Source: Penicillus capitatus (Eukaryota; Plantae; Chlorophyta). From it: 64,000 nt of DNA. The notes beneath the pieces were generated by a model that did no database searches, was not told where the DNA came from, and saw only the letters and a list, made by a program, of their open reading frames with translations. Every line of letters starts with the position of its first letter. Position 1 is the stretch's first letter. Positions 51,398 to 61,371 of this stretch are shown piece after piece. The stretch covers positions 1,663,288 through 1,727,287 of the forward strand of contig OZ287695.1 of assembly GCA_965649825.1 (NCBI GenBank). The letters run 5' to 3'. Position numbers and translations under genes: made by a program.

Positions 51398-51596
51398 AAG
51401 TGTGAGATTATTCTTTACTCTTTGCTGATGTGACAGCAACGATGATATGAGAGGACAAACACGATTCTTCATTTTTGATGTTTGATTCAGAGAGAGACTC
51501 ACGTGATCCTTCATTCTATGCACCAGAGATGCGTTTCTGGTAAAGCAGGAAAAAGAGTGATTGATAGGTGTGATATGTTGAGGGAAGCACAAGATC

Positions 51597-51616
51597 GGTT
51601 GGTTGGTTGGTTGGTT
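51597..51616. repeat. (GGTT)5 microsatellite
   Basis: Five perfect copies read directly. Confidence 0.9.
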
Positions 51617-51866
51617 GTAGACGGCTCTACGTTTCAGCAGTAGATGAAAAGCCGATTCTCCTTCGAGTCCTCTACGTGCACAGCGTCATCTTCTGAGAGA
51701 ACGCTCCTCGGTTAATGCACTTTGCTTGGTAAGGAAGACAGGTGTGATGCCTTTGTGATCGGCAGCACTGATCAATTATTTGACCTCCTCCTCGTCCTGG
51801 ATGGGATCCCACAACCGCTCCAGTACTTCAGCTTCACCCAATCGTGTGGTCAAATGAATCGCCGTT
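51600..51866 (-). pseudogene. Ankyrin-repeat gene fragment with an in-frame TAA
   Basis: TAIHLTTRLGEAEVLERLWDPIQDEEEVK*LISAADHKGITPVFL; TAA at 51776-51778. Confidence 0.55.
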
Positions 51867-52020
51867 CTGAAGATGGGACAAGATGATACATAGATAGCGA
51901 ATCTCCGGAGAGAACGTCACATCAGATGCGTCGCACTGATCCAGACAGAACGATCCAAGACTAAACTTGAGAGACTAATAGATACTTTCAACACGGACGA
52001 GCGTAAGTGAGCCTTCGCCA

Positions 52021-52420
52021 TCAAATGCCATCCATACAGCAAACGCCACAAGCAGAATGTTGCCCAGCAGAAGGAGCTAGTCCGTTCTGAACCAGACCAA
52101 GGGTCTGACTCTGACCAAATATGTGAATTAGGCGGACGACTCGGGGATGGAAGTCGTCGTCTCTGCCAAAACGCGTGCGTTCGTTATTGTCGCACAGCGG
52201 CGGCTTGTGCAGTGGCCCTCCCGCTGCACAGACGCCTCCAAAGGAGACGTCAGGAGGACGGATTCGCGTACGGACGCAGAGGAGAACGGCGAGACCGGCC
52301 TGGCGCTGGAGGAGACGTCGGGCGAGTTCGAGTCGCCGCAAGACCCAGGGCGTATGCGTCCCTTTGGCCGAGTGGCCGCCTCCGAGAACGCAGATGGCGT
52401 CGTCGTCGTCGCGCGCCCCA
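52021..52420 (-). pseudogene. DUF218 (YdcF/ElyC-like) gene, apparently degenerate
   Basis: DAICVLGGG..PWVLRRLELA, GGPLHKPP and LVQNGLAPSA are recognisable, but the usual E..S.DTIGNA and TS.FH segments cannot be recovered intact. Confidence 0.55.
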
Positions 52421-52657
52421 GTCCCTCTGCCGAACTCCAGCTCAGGCACGCAGCCGCGCCGAGAGCAGATCCGTCTAAGGATCCGTCCTTCTAAAAGATC
52501 CGGGATGGGAGAGCGGCCGTTTACGGCCCCTTGGCAAGGTCGCGGCGTCGCGCACAGGTCAGGCGTCGCAAGTTGAATGATAGCCGAAGAGCCACACATT
52601 TCATGAGAACAGCGTCGACTTAGGAACAATCGAGTGAGTGGTACATTGTGGACGTCG

Positions 52658-53961
52658 CTATCTGCCGGAACGCATCGCCTTCTTTGCCTCTGCCTCGCTC
52701 AGATTGGGAGCCGTTTTCAGCAGGCGACGCAGGACGTGGTCGGGAGCCGTCTTCCCGTCCTGACGCCTCTTCTTCTGGGAGGGGTCGCTCGATGCACGGC
52801 ATGCAGCATCCTTCCCGGAGGACGAGACCTCGGTCGTCGATTCGACGGCTCTGTGCCTCTTCACTGCGCCGCCGTCTTGCGCCCGGCGCTTGGGAGCGAT
52901 GCCCAGTCTCGTGATGTCGTTTCTCTGATCCTGCAACACGTTCCTGAGATCGATGGCATGGCGCATCACGGCGTGGCGCTGCTGGATTTCTGGATCCGAC
53001 AAGCTCTCCACGTGGACGTGCATCGCAGCCGAGATCAGGCTCTGCAGTCGGGGGATGAGTCTCTTGTGCATCGACTCGAGCGATTCCAGGAGATACTCCT
53101 CCACGGCCGGATCCATACACTCCACCTCCTTCGGAGGGATATCCTGAAATCCGTGTTTCCCACCCGAACCTGCCTGGTCAGTGCCCTCCTTGGCAGCTTT
53201 CTCCCTGCGGCGGAACAGCTCCTGTTTCGAGGACACGGGCAGGTCGTCCCACTCCACGGAGCACTGCTCGTGTAGATCAAGAGCCTCTGTGATCTGCGTT
53301 CTCACGCGGTGACATTCTGCGAAGAGCTCGTTCTTCTGAGACAGGGCCCGGCGGTATGCTTCCTGCTGTCTCTCCCTCGACCGAATCTCGCTGAGGGGCA
53401 CATACGGAGCCGAGCCGTCCGGCAGTGACAGTTTCAGATTCTGCTCGACGTGATGACAGGCCATCAGAATCTGGGTAAGTATTCCCTACTAAGCTTCTCG
53501 CCAGCATGCGGATGATGCTTGCTCACCTCGGGATAGAGGTGACCAAATCGGCATCTCCACGTCGCAAGCGCGTAAGTCATGCGATGTTCCAGGTTCTCTA
53601 GCGTTTCCGCGGACATCGACGGTCCACTCGGTGCATCTCTGATGCAGCAACAGTTCACGAGTCGTTCGAGTCGCCACGCAGCGACGCGGCGAAAAATCTT
53701 CGAGCGAAGGAAGAATCGGTCAACCAGGTCCAACGTGTGACACCTTGTCTGCACACAACGTGTTTGTTATCCCTGTATCGGCCGACGTGCCTGCGCATCT
53801 GGAATCTGCAACTGTGTTAAGAGTGCGTCAGCGACCGCCTCGGCCTCGGTGTCCTCCCTTGCCGCTTTGAGGTAAGATGTGAGGCGGTCGCAACTCTCCT
53901 CCCTGAGCGCGAACGAAGTTGCTGGGCACGTGAATGTTGAGACCAGAGATTCGACTTTCAT
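52658..53961 (-). CDS. UVSSA: UV-stimulated scaffold protein A homolog (transcription-coupled repair), apparently C-terminally truncated
   Basis: VHS-like LVDRFFLRSKIFRR..WRCRFGHLYPE, central AIDLRNVL..RLGI, RRLLKTAP; stop at 52658 precedes the expected zinc finger. Confidence 0.72.
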
Positions 53962-54153
53962 AATGACGATGACAAAGTGATCTGCGCGTACAGCTCTCTG
54001 AATGTTCTGATTCTCTCTATTGTTTCTCACGGCAAGGTGAGCAATAGGTGCCCAAGTTGCCACGGCCGTCGGGCTTACATTGGTGTGTTGGCCGACAAAA
54101 ACGGTCGCCGTGGGCAAACAACCGTCAACGACGTAGTATTTTGGAACAAAACT

Positions 54154-54504
54154 CTACAGCCGCAGCGCTTCATTTGACAGGCATGTTAGGCTATCTAGAG
54201 AACACAGGTTAGCGTAGAAAGGGATAATGACGGCGACTACTTCTCTACGACCCATTCTGTTGCGGACCATCACCACGGTGCCGGCAATGATAGTAGCGAC
54301 AACCACTCCTCCACCGAGGCGTTCAAGTACTTTTTTCTTCGAACCGCGACGGGCAGACATGCTGCAGGCTCCACACGACGCGTCACAATGGTTACAGCCA
54401 CAGGGTCCGGAGTAATCAGCCGATGGGTTCCCCGATTTACATCTGCACTCCGTAGGACACGCACATCTTGTGTCACACTGGCCGGCGGAGCAAACGCAAC
54501 GCAT
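54154..54504 (-). CDS. Small Cys-rich (metallothionein-like) protein with a C-terminal TM helix
   Basis: AAAATG start; 12 Cys within the first 47 aa; basic patch RRGSKKK; TM GGGVVVATIIAGTVVMV; probable 57-nt intron with a GCTAAC branch site. Confidence 0.7.
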   Translation of the reverse strand: MRCVCSAGQCDTRCACPTECRCKSGNPSADYSGPCGCNHCDASCGACSMSARRGSKKKVLERLGGGVVVATIIAGTVVMVRNRMGRREVVAVIIPFYANLCSLDSLTCLSNEALRL

Positions 54505-54687
54505 TTTTAAAAGGTATTCGGAAAGCCGTAAGTTTGAAGTCTGAGTTGTGTCCAAAAACAGGCGATGCGACAAAACAAAACAAATATGGCGAACGTGTGT
54601 TATGTTCGTTCTCACCAAAGTTCTTAGAATTTAAGGTTTCAATTTAACGATCTGACGTGTCCATCCGTCGTTTCACCCAGAAGGTGT

Positions 54688-55425
54688 TCAGGTGAAGCGA
54701 AACGGTAGTTTGTCTCCAGGGCGCACTTGCATGGTATCCCCCTTCCAGTCGTAGAGCGGAGGGTCCGTGCCGTCCTTTTTTCCTAACAGCACAGCCTAAC
54801 AGGGCATGAGAACCCTGCTCATCCATGACACTACCTTTTGCTGCATCTCATGAAGTTCTCCTACGGCTGTTTCTTCTTGACCGGTTAGGGAAACCGTCTC
54901 AGAGGCCGCTGCTGCAGTGGTTATGTGAAAGACCGTCCACTGCGGTGAGCTGTCCACAATCCGTTCCTGCATCTCTGTCGTCCATGTTCGATGGAAGTCT
55001 TGTGGAATGGTATTCCACAGTGCCTCGATGCCGGAAAGGCTATCGAATTCCAACTCCAGCTACATAGCGACACTTCATAGTCGATAGCCGGCACGGGATG
55101 GACTTCAATTCTGGACTCGGGGACTCCAATGGCTCCATGTAAAATCTGAGGAGACGCGTGGGCGAAAACGGCTGTATGACGGGACACTTCCTGAACCCAC
55201 TCGTTCAACAGTTCTAGCGCCTCTTGTTTGCGGCCAAATCTGCTTTACAATGTCAGATGTGCAGGAGATGGCGACTGCGAACCTGGCATCGAAGGACCAT
55301 CGCGCCTTGACAGCGTTCTCGACTCGTAGAAACCGCCGTTGAGGGCGACGATTGAGAAAGCGTCGTCTGGAAAACAAAGGGACGCTTCTTCGACCCCGAA
55401 CCGCGGTTTGCTGCATGATGATCAT
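54688..55425 (-). CDS. Organelle-targeted protein, putative NIPSNAP-like dimeric alpha/beta barrel
   Basis: Spliced RWSFDARFGRKQEALELLNEW..HGAIGVPESRIELELEFDSLSGIEALW..VDSSPQW; last exon DWKGDTMQVRPGDKLPF. Confidence 0.6.
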
Positions 55426-55962
55426 TTTGACAGGAATGGTCCGTGTTGTACTTACCGACTCTGCTGAGTCCCGCGGGTTATCCCGATTATAGTCCCGTAG
55501 CTATTCTTTCATGATGAAGGATGTCCGGAGGTGGCGCTGTCTAAACAAAGCAGATCTATCTACGAGTCTCTGATCTTCCGAGCAGCCTTTTTTGGATTTT
55601 GGCACCGACGTGCTCTTTTCGGAAGCGAACCATGCGACTCTGTAAATAACAGTTTCGGGATTCTAAGCTGTGAAGTAAAACCTTTGCGTAGGTTTCTCAC
55701 TTCTATGTCATGGCAGAGGCAGGTCGTCGACACAAACATGTGAGCCAACAAGTTTATCTGCCCTGGAGCTCTCTAGCAGAAAACCTGAGTTGAGAATAGC
55801 CAGGTCAGTCTCAGGATGACCGTTGCAGTTTTGTATCTTTCATCGAATGTGTTGCCGCAACGATGCCTACATGTTAAGGGAGACGTGGACTGCATTTAAT
55901 GCTCTAGTGACTTGCTTCACTGGGGTGCCACATCCATACCGTCATAGCTAAGACATTTGTTA

Positions 55963-56070
55963 TACCTTTGCGTTGATATCGATGTCGATTTCGCGTTCGA
56001 CTCTATGGAGGATCTGTTGACGCTGGCCGCATTCGGCAAGTTCATGTAACGTCGTCGGAGGAGTCGTCAT
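55963..56070 (-). CDS. Ankyrin-like first exon with no recoverable downstream exon nearby
   Basis: MTTPPTTLHELAECGQRQQILHRVEREIDIDINAK followed by a GTATAA donor. Confidence 0.4.
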
Positions 56071-56110
56071 GTCGAACGAATTGCCTTGACGTACGTGCAT
56101 TATTTTTGCC

Positions 56111-56475
56111 ATGACCTTCAGCGAACGCGTCCACGAACACCGCGAAATCTCTCCGAGAGCAACGCTCGACGAGGAGACATCGCCGGACGGCAAAAAGAAA
56201 CGCAATTATGCTACAATTGGAGCCATGGCTGTCCTCATTGGCGGTATCATTATATGGAAACATACACGGGGAGATTCGAAAAAGCCCAAAGATCCACGTT
56301 TCGCCGCTGGTCAAGCAGCACAGCGTCGCCTCGAAGTCTCCCTCTTATTTTCAGCCTTGGCACGTGTATGACGGTGTATTACTAGGGTTTGAACAAACAG
56401 GACACAAGATTGGGAGGGACGCCGCATCAAAGAGGGACTCCAAAGAACAAGTCCTCAACTATTGAAAGCAGATGA
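56111..56475 (+). CDS. Small single-pass membrane protein of unknown function
   Basis: GCCATG start, TM YATIGAMAVLIGGIIIW flanked by basic residues, one ~50-nt intron. Confidence 0.55.
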
Positions 56476-56818
56476 GAGCTGATGATGGGTTTGCCTGAAG
56501 TGAAGGTCTACTTCCTCTGCCTAGTTGGTTGGAAATACGCCTCAAGTTTTAAGCCGTTCGGTTCGCCGTGGATTTTCGTTTCGGCATTCTCGACACGGAC
56601 CTCCTAACTGCATCATACATTCGTACGACGGAAGATATCCAGAAGCATTATTATTTTCCAGCAGGTATAACAGGATGTATAGCAGGCTACCCTGCATGCT
56701 CAAGTGATTTCGGTTGTGTAATGCTTATCGCATGATGTGACAGACGTATGATAAAGACGATTGATTGATGAGTCGTACGACAACAGCAATTATTACACAC
56801 CCTCGACATTCGTTGTTC

Positions 56819-56831
56819 GGTGACGCGTGCC
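56819..56831 (+). promoter_or_regulatory. Candidate promoter-proximal element GGTGACGCGTGCC (copy 2)
   Basis: 3 nt before the PDH E1-alpha ATG; identical to 45728-45740. Confidence 0.35.
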
Positions 56832-56834
56832 AAC

Positions 56835-58344
56835 ATGATGCGTCAGGCGTTGTGGCGTTCACGAGACTGTTTGCCGGGCATGGGCATGAAATTGTTGGGC
56901 ATCCGTGGTGTCGCCACGGCGAAAGCGCCCGTCGAAGAGTTTACGTTTACGGTGATATCAATTCGCATCCGCCCCGACGGTAAGGGCTCGATAGGAACGG
57001 TGTTGTCGATAGGTGCCGGAATTCAAGGGACATCGTATCGACCCTCCAGGAAATAGCGTCACGACGACAAAGGAGGAATTGACTGAGACATTGCGCATGA
57101 TGGCCTCCATGCGTTCCATGGAACTGGCGGCGCACAAGCTCTATCAGAAGAAGCTCATTCGAGGATTCTGTCATCTCTATGATGGACAGGAAGCAATTGT
57201 GGCCGGCATGGAACGCGCCTTGAACAAGAAAGACTCGGTCATTACATCCTACAGAGACCACTGCACACACATTGGCCGTGGTGGTACCGCCAAGGAAGTC
57301 TTGGCCGAGCTGTTTGGACGAGCTGATGGATGTTCAAGAGGTTTGAAATGTCACATCATGTGTTATCTTATGGCTGAGGATGTGACAGGTGTCGGAGGAT
57401 CCATGCACATGTATAAGAAGGAGCATAACTTCTATGGTGGATGCGGTATCGTTGGGGCACAGATTCCATTGGGCGCTGGCCTGGCCTTCGGCCACAAGTA
57501 TCGAAATGACGGCGGTGTGGCTGTGACCATGTCAGCTCAGAAGAGTCATTGGGTGTATATGAGATGGAGTTCTTCCTAGGTATGGAGATGGCGCAGCAAA
57601 TCAGGGACAGAAGTACGAGGCGCTTAACATGGCTGCGTTGTGGAAGCTACCTGCCATCTTCGTTTGCGAGAACAACAAATTCGGTACGGATGCAATCTGT
57701 TTTGGCTGAGCAGTAGACAATCATCTGTTTTCAGGAATGGGCACGGCAATCATTCGTGCAGCTTTTGAGCCGAACTTCTATAAGAGAGGGGATTACGTTC
57801 CCGGTATCTCTTGTGACGGACAGAACGTGTTGGCTGTCAAGAGAGCATTCCAGTTTGCTAAGGAACATGCGCTGAACAATGGCCCCATCGTCATTGAGAT
57901 GGACACCTATCGCTACCACGGTCATTCAATGTCGGATCCTGGCCTGACTTACCGTACAAAAGTCGATGTCGCAAAAGTCAAACAAGAAAGGCAAGGTCGT
58001 CACGGAGTCATGCCCATGGGGAGTTGGATTGTCATGAAGGGATCCCATCACGCAAGTCAAAGACATGTTAGAAACGCATGGTTTGATGTCGGAAGTGGAG
58101 ATCAAGGCCATCGAAGTCGGTGCCAAGAAAGAGATCGATGCCATCGTCAAAGAATGCGAAGTATCATGCCGGCGGCGCAGCACCTTCCATTCTCACACTC
58201 TCTGTCTGTTCCTAGGCAGCTCCATTTCCTCCGGGAGAATGGCTCTATCGCAATATCCTTAAGAACCCATCGCCGGCGACGGTACGGGGCACCGATTTCC
58301 GCACGCAGCGTCAGATCACTTATGATCCGACCTACACCACTTGA
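56835..58344 (+). CDS. PDHA1: Mitochondrial pyruvate dehydrogenase E1 alpha subunit
   Basis: [52 protein letters not shown]. Confidence 0.97.
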
Positions 58345-58620
58345 ATGGCCGACCGGAGAACCGTGCGTTGCGTGTTTGGGCTGATTCAAAATGTGTATTG
58401 AGACAATGGCATAAGTGAAATGAAATTAATTGTGGTCTACGAGTGTCATCGAGCGTCGTTGTTTCCTTACAGCATCCTTCCTTCTACAAGGCTTCAATCG
58501 TTGTACGTTTGAATGCCGCTGTCTCATTCGAATGATTCCTTTTCATCTGAGACATTCAGATTCATTGCTCCAGATCGCAGTCTAAAGGGAAAGTTAGGAA
58601 GGCAATGCAACAGGATGGTA

Positions 58621-61335
58621 TCAAAGAAGCCATGGATGCCCAAGCATTTCTTCAGCGCTCGGTCGTTTTGTTGGATCGGTCGTCAGCAACAAGGACACAA
58701 AACTGACAAACTTCTCATCTGCCGTCCTTAGAACATCGCTTAGCTCACAGGGAACAGGAGACAGGATTTCGTATTCATGTGTTGTCGTGTTTTTCCTGAA
58801 AATCTTCGACGAAATCGTATAGTACTTGCTGGAGAACTTCCCTTGATATATCATCCACCAAGGCAATGTGCCTCGGACACTCTCGATCTGCACCACAGGA
58901 ACATGCCTTTGACAGGGACAGTCTAAAAGAGGCCTCACTTTTGCAAGGAGATCGGCAAGACTGACACTCTGAAACAGAACAAATCCAGTAAACAGCTCAG
59001 CCAAGAGACATCCCAAAGACCAAACATCCACCTTCTGATCATAGTCAACACCCAGAACGACTTCCGGTGCTCTGTAGGATCGCGATTGAACATAGGATCC
59101 CAGGTAATCTGTCACGAAACATGAAGATCCCAGATCAATGACTTTCACTGTGCAGCGCTCTGCATCTTTGATCAGTACATTTTCTGGCTTCAGATCTGAA
59201 TGAATGATATTCTTAGAATGGAGGAAGCGCAAGGCAACAAGAATCTGTCTGGCAATGCTCTTCATCCGGGAAGCCGAAAAATAGTATGTGGCAGAAGTTA
59301 CAGCTCCACAGTCCTTGATGCTTTTCTGCTGAAGATCATACAGATTCTGGCGCAGCAGTTCAAAGACGAGAAATAAATGTTCTCTGTAATAGAAAAAGTC
59401 GAGAAGGCGTACAACTCCCTGGTCATCGTTGGGATCCAGCCGATTCAAATATCGCAGAAGCTTGATTTCATCCAGACTCTGATCGAAATAGTCCTTGACA
59501 TTCTTCACCATTTTCAGACAAACAGATCTACATCCACACACCACTGTCCTTTACCATGGATAGCGCATTCAGCAGTGGTTACCTGTTGAGTTTGAGGTCG
59601 ACGGCTTTTATGGCTTTACTGAAAACAGCAGATCCGACGACCTTGATCACTTGATATCTGCCTGCAATGATATCTCCCATTTCTACATACAGGTCTTTGT
59701 GACTCTCGAATCCTGTCTTTCCTCTTTTGTGATAGATTTTGAGATCGATCAGATCGTATGTTTCGTCTATGTATCTCTGAGAAAACGCGTAGCGAGGGAG
59801 CAGATATCCAGCTGTCTTTTCCTTATTGCTTCCTTTATTCATCCACAGTTCCTCTGGGAAAGAATCCAATGGCATGTTCCCTTGCATCTTCGATGACCGA
59901 ATGTCACTCAGGATTGTCTCCCAGTCATACCCGCCTGTGCCTAGACTCAGACTGACGCGCTTTTCGGTGCCCAATCCAGAAGGCTTGAGGAGCAACGGAA
60001 GACAGGACGGCGGTTCGCTCTCATTGGGGGAGCTCATTTCTCCGGAGGATTGAGAAATGTCTACTCTAGAGGACATACTGCCAATGGAAAGCTCCAAGCC
60101 AAAGGGTGTCTTGGATGTCTTGGACGATGTGGTGCCACAAGAGGGGAGATCTGTTGAGCGGGTGCTATTAAAACTCTTCAAAACATTCAGGCCACCTCCA
60201 GATCCAGCATCGGATCCCTGAGGCGTCTGGGGAAAACTAAAGGTTTTGGGTTCATTCACAGCAGGCGGAACTGGATCAGGCGACGGTTGAGCAAATACAA
60301 ATTCGGCAGCAAATGGAGATGGGTCGCTTTCAGGTAAAGATACAACAGTTGCATTGTCAATTTCTCCATCTTCATCCACTGGATTGCTGGAACAGTCTTT
60401 AAAAGGTAACCTGGAACAGAGAGTGGGATGAACATCGATGCATCAGAGGAGAGATATCCATACCCAGCAATCGCTTGAGGTAATTCCTGTGTACTGTTCA
60501 ATGAGTCGACTCGTGAGAAGCTCTCGGATCGTTCCATCTTGATGGGACTATCTCGAGGCACTTGATCCTCAGTCTCCGCTTCTCGATGTCCGGAATCTAT
60601 GGATCATTGCTCGACTTCTGAGCCGTGTGGGAGAGAGTGGATCGACAGACTTTTGAGGATGAACTGAGGAAACTCGAGTGGCGGCGGAGAAGATACAATG
60701 TGTGGTTCTGAAGTCGTCTGCGCTTCAGGAATGTCCCATGTGAAAGGGTACTGAGTAGGGAAATGGCTTGGGGCACTTGCGGGCGGTTCTGTAAACGCTG
60801 TGCTTGCCTTGGAAGTAGAGGATCTCGCCGAAAAGCAGACAGGAGTGACAGGATAACTAGACGAACATCACTCATAAGCGTTTTCCAAAAGTGTGACCTC
60901 TCACTCTTCGTAGTTTGCCCTATCCGAGAAGGCTTTATTTGACAATTCGGTCATTTTGAATTCCAATTGATCATGGACCGGAACGACAATAAACTGAGGC
61001 GTTGTCTTGCGTCTTCTCGGTGGTGACTTCGTCGTGGCGCTATCCGCAGAATGTCGGTGCGGAAGTGGCGGTCCCGGTTCTGAGTACACCGGCTGTGCAA
61101 TAGCTAACGGCGTTAACTCTACTGCCGACTGTGACGATTCCACTTTCGAGAGCGAAGGCGTCGGAGACGAAGTGGATTCCGCGTCAAAAAACGTACCCGT
61201 CGTGCTCTTTCCACCTCGATGCCCACTCGTCTTTGCCTCGCTTTTCAGTGTTTCGAGTGTTTGATAGAGACCGAGGCGCGCCAATTCCTCCTCCATCCGC
61301 TTCAAAGCGTCCATCGACGACGAGGACGACGACAT
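58621..61335 (-). CDS. DYRKP: Plant-specific DYRK family kinase (DYRKP/STD1-like)
   Basis: DLKIYHKRGKTGFE, GSAVFSKA, VCLKMVKNVKDYFDQSLDEIKLL, IHSDLKPEN, DLGSSCF..SYVQSRSYRAPE. Confidence 0.88.
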
Positions 61336-61371
61336 GGTGGTCTTGTAACAATTCTGAGGCAGCACACGCCG

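Noticed and set aside
55449-55456. TACTTACC resembling the 5' end of U1 snRNA
   Set aside because: Downstream sequence lacks U1 stem-loops and an Sm site; better explained as a minus-strand GGTAAGTA splice donor.
55511-55573. ATGATGA...CTGA snoRNA candidate
   Set aside because: No flanking terminal stem and no identifiable guide target.
52029-55939. Pack-MULE or other DNA transposon bounded by the 9-bp direct repeat
   Set aside because: No terminal inverted repeats and no transposase; kept only as weak support for the rearrangement hypothesis.
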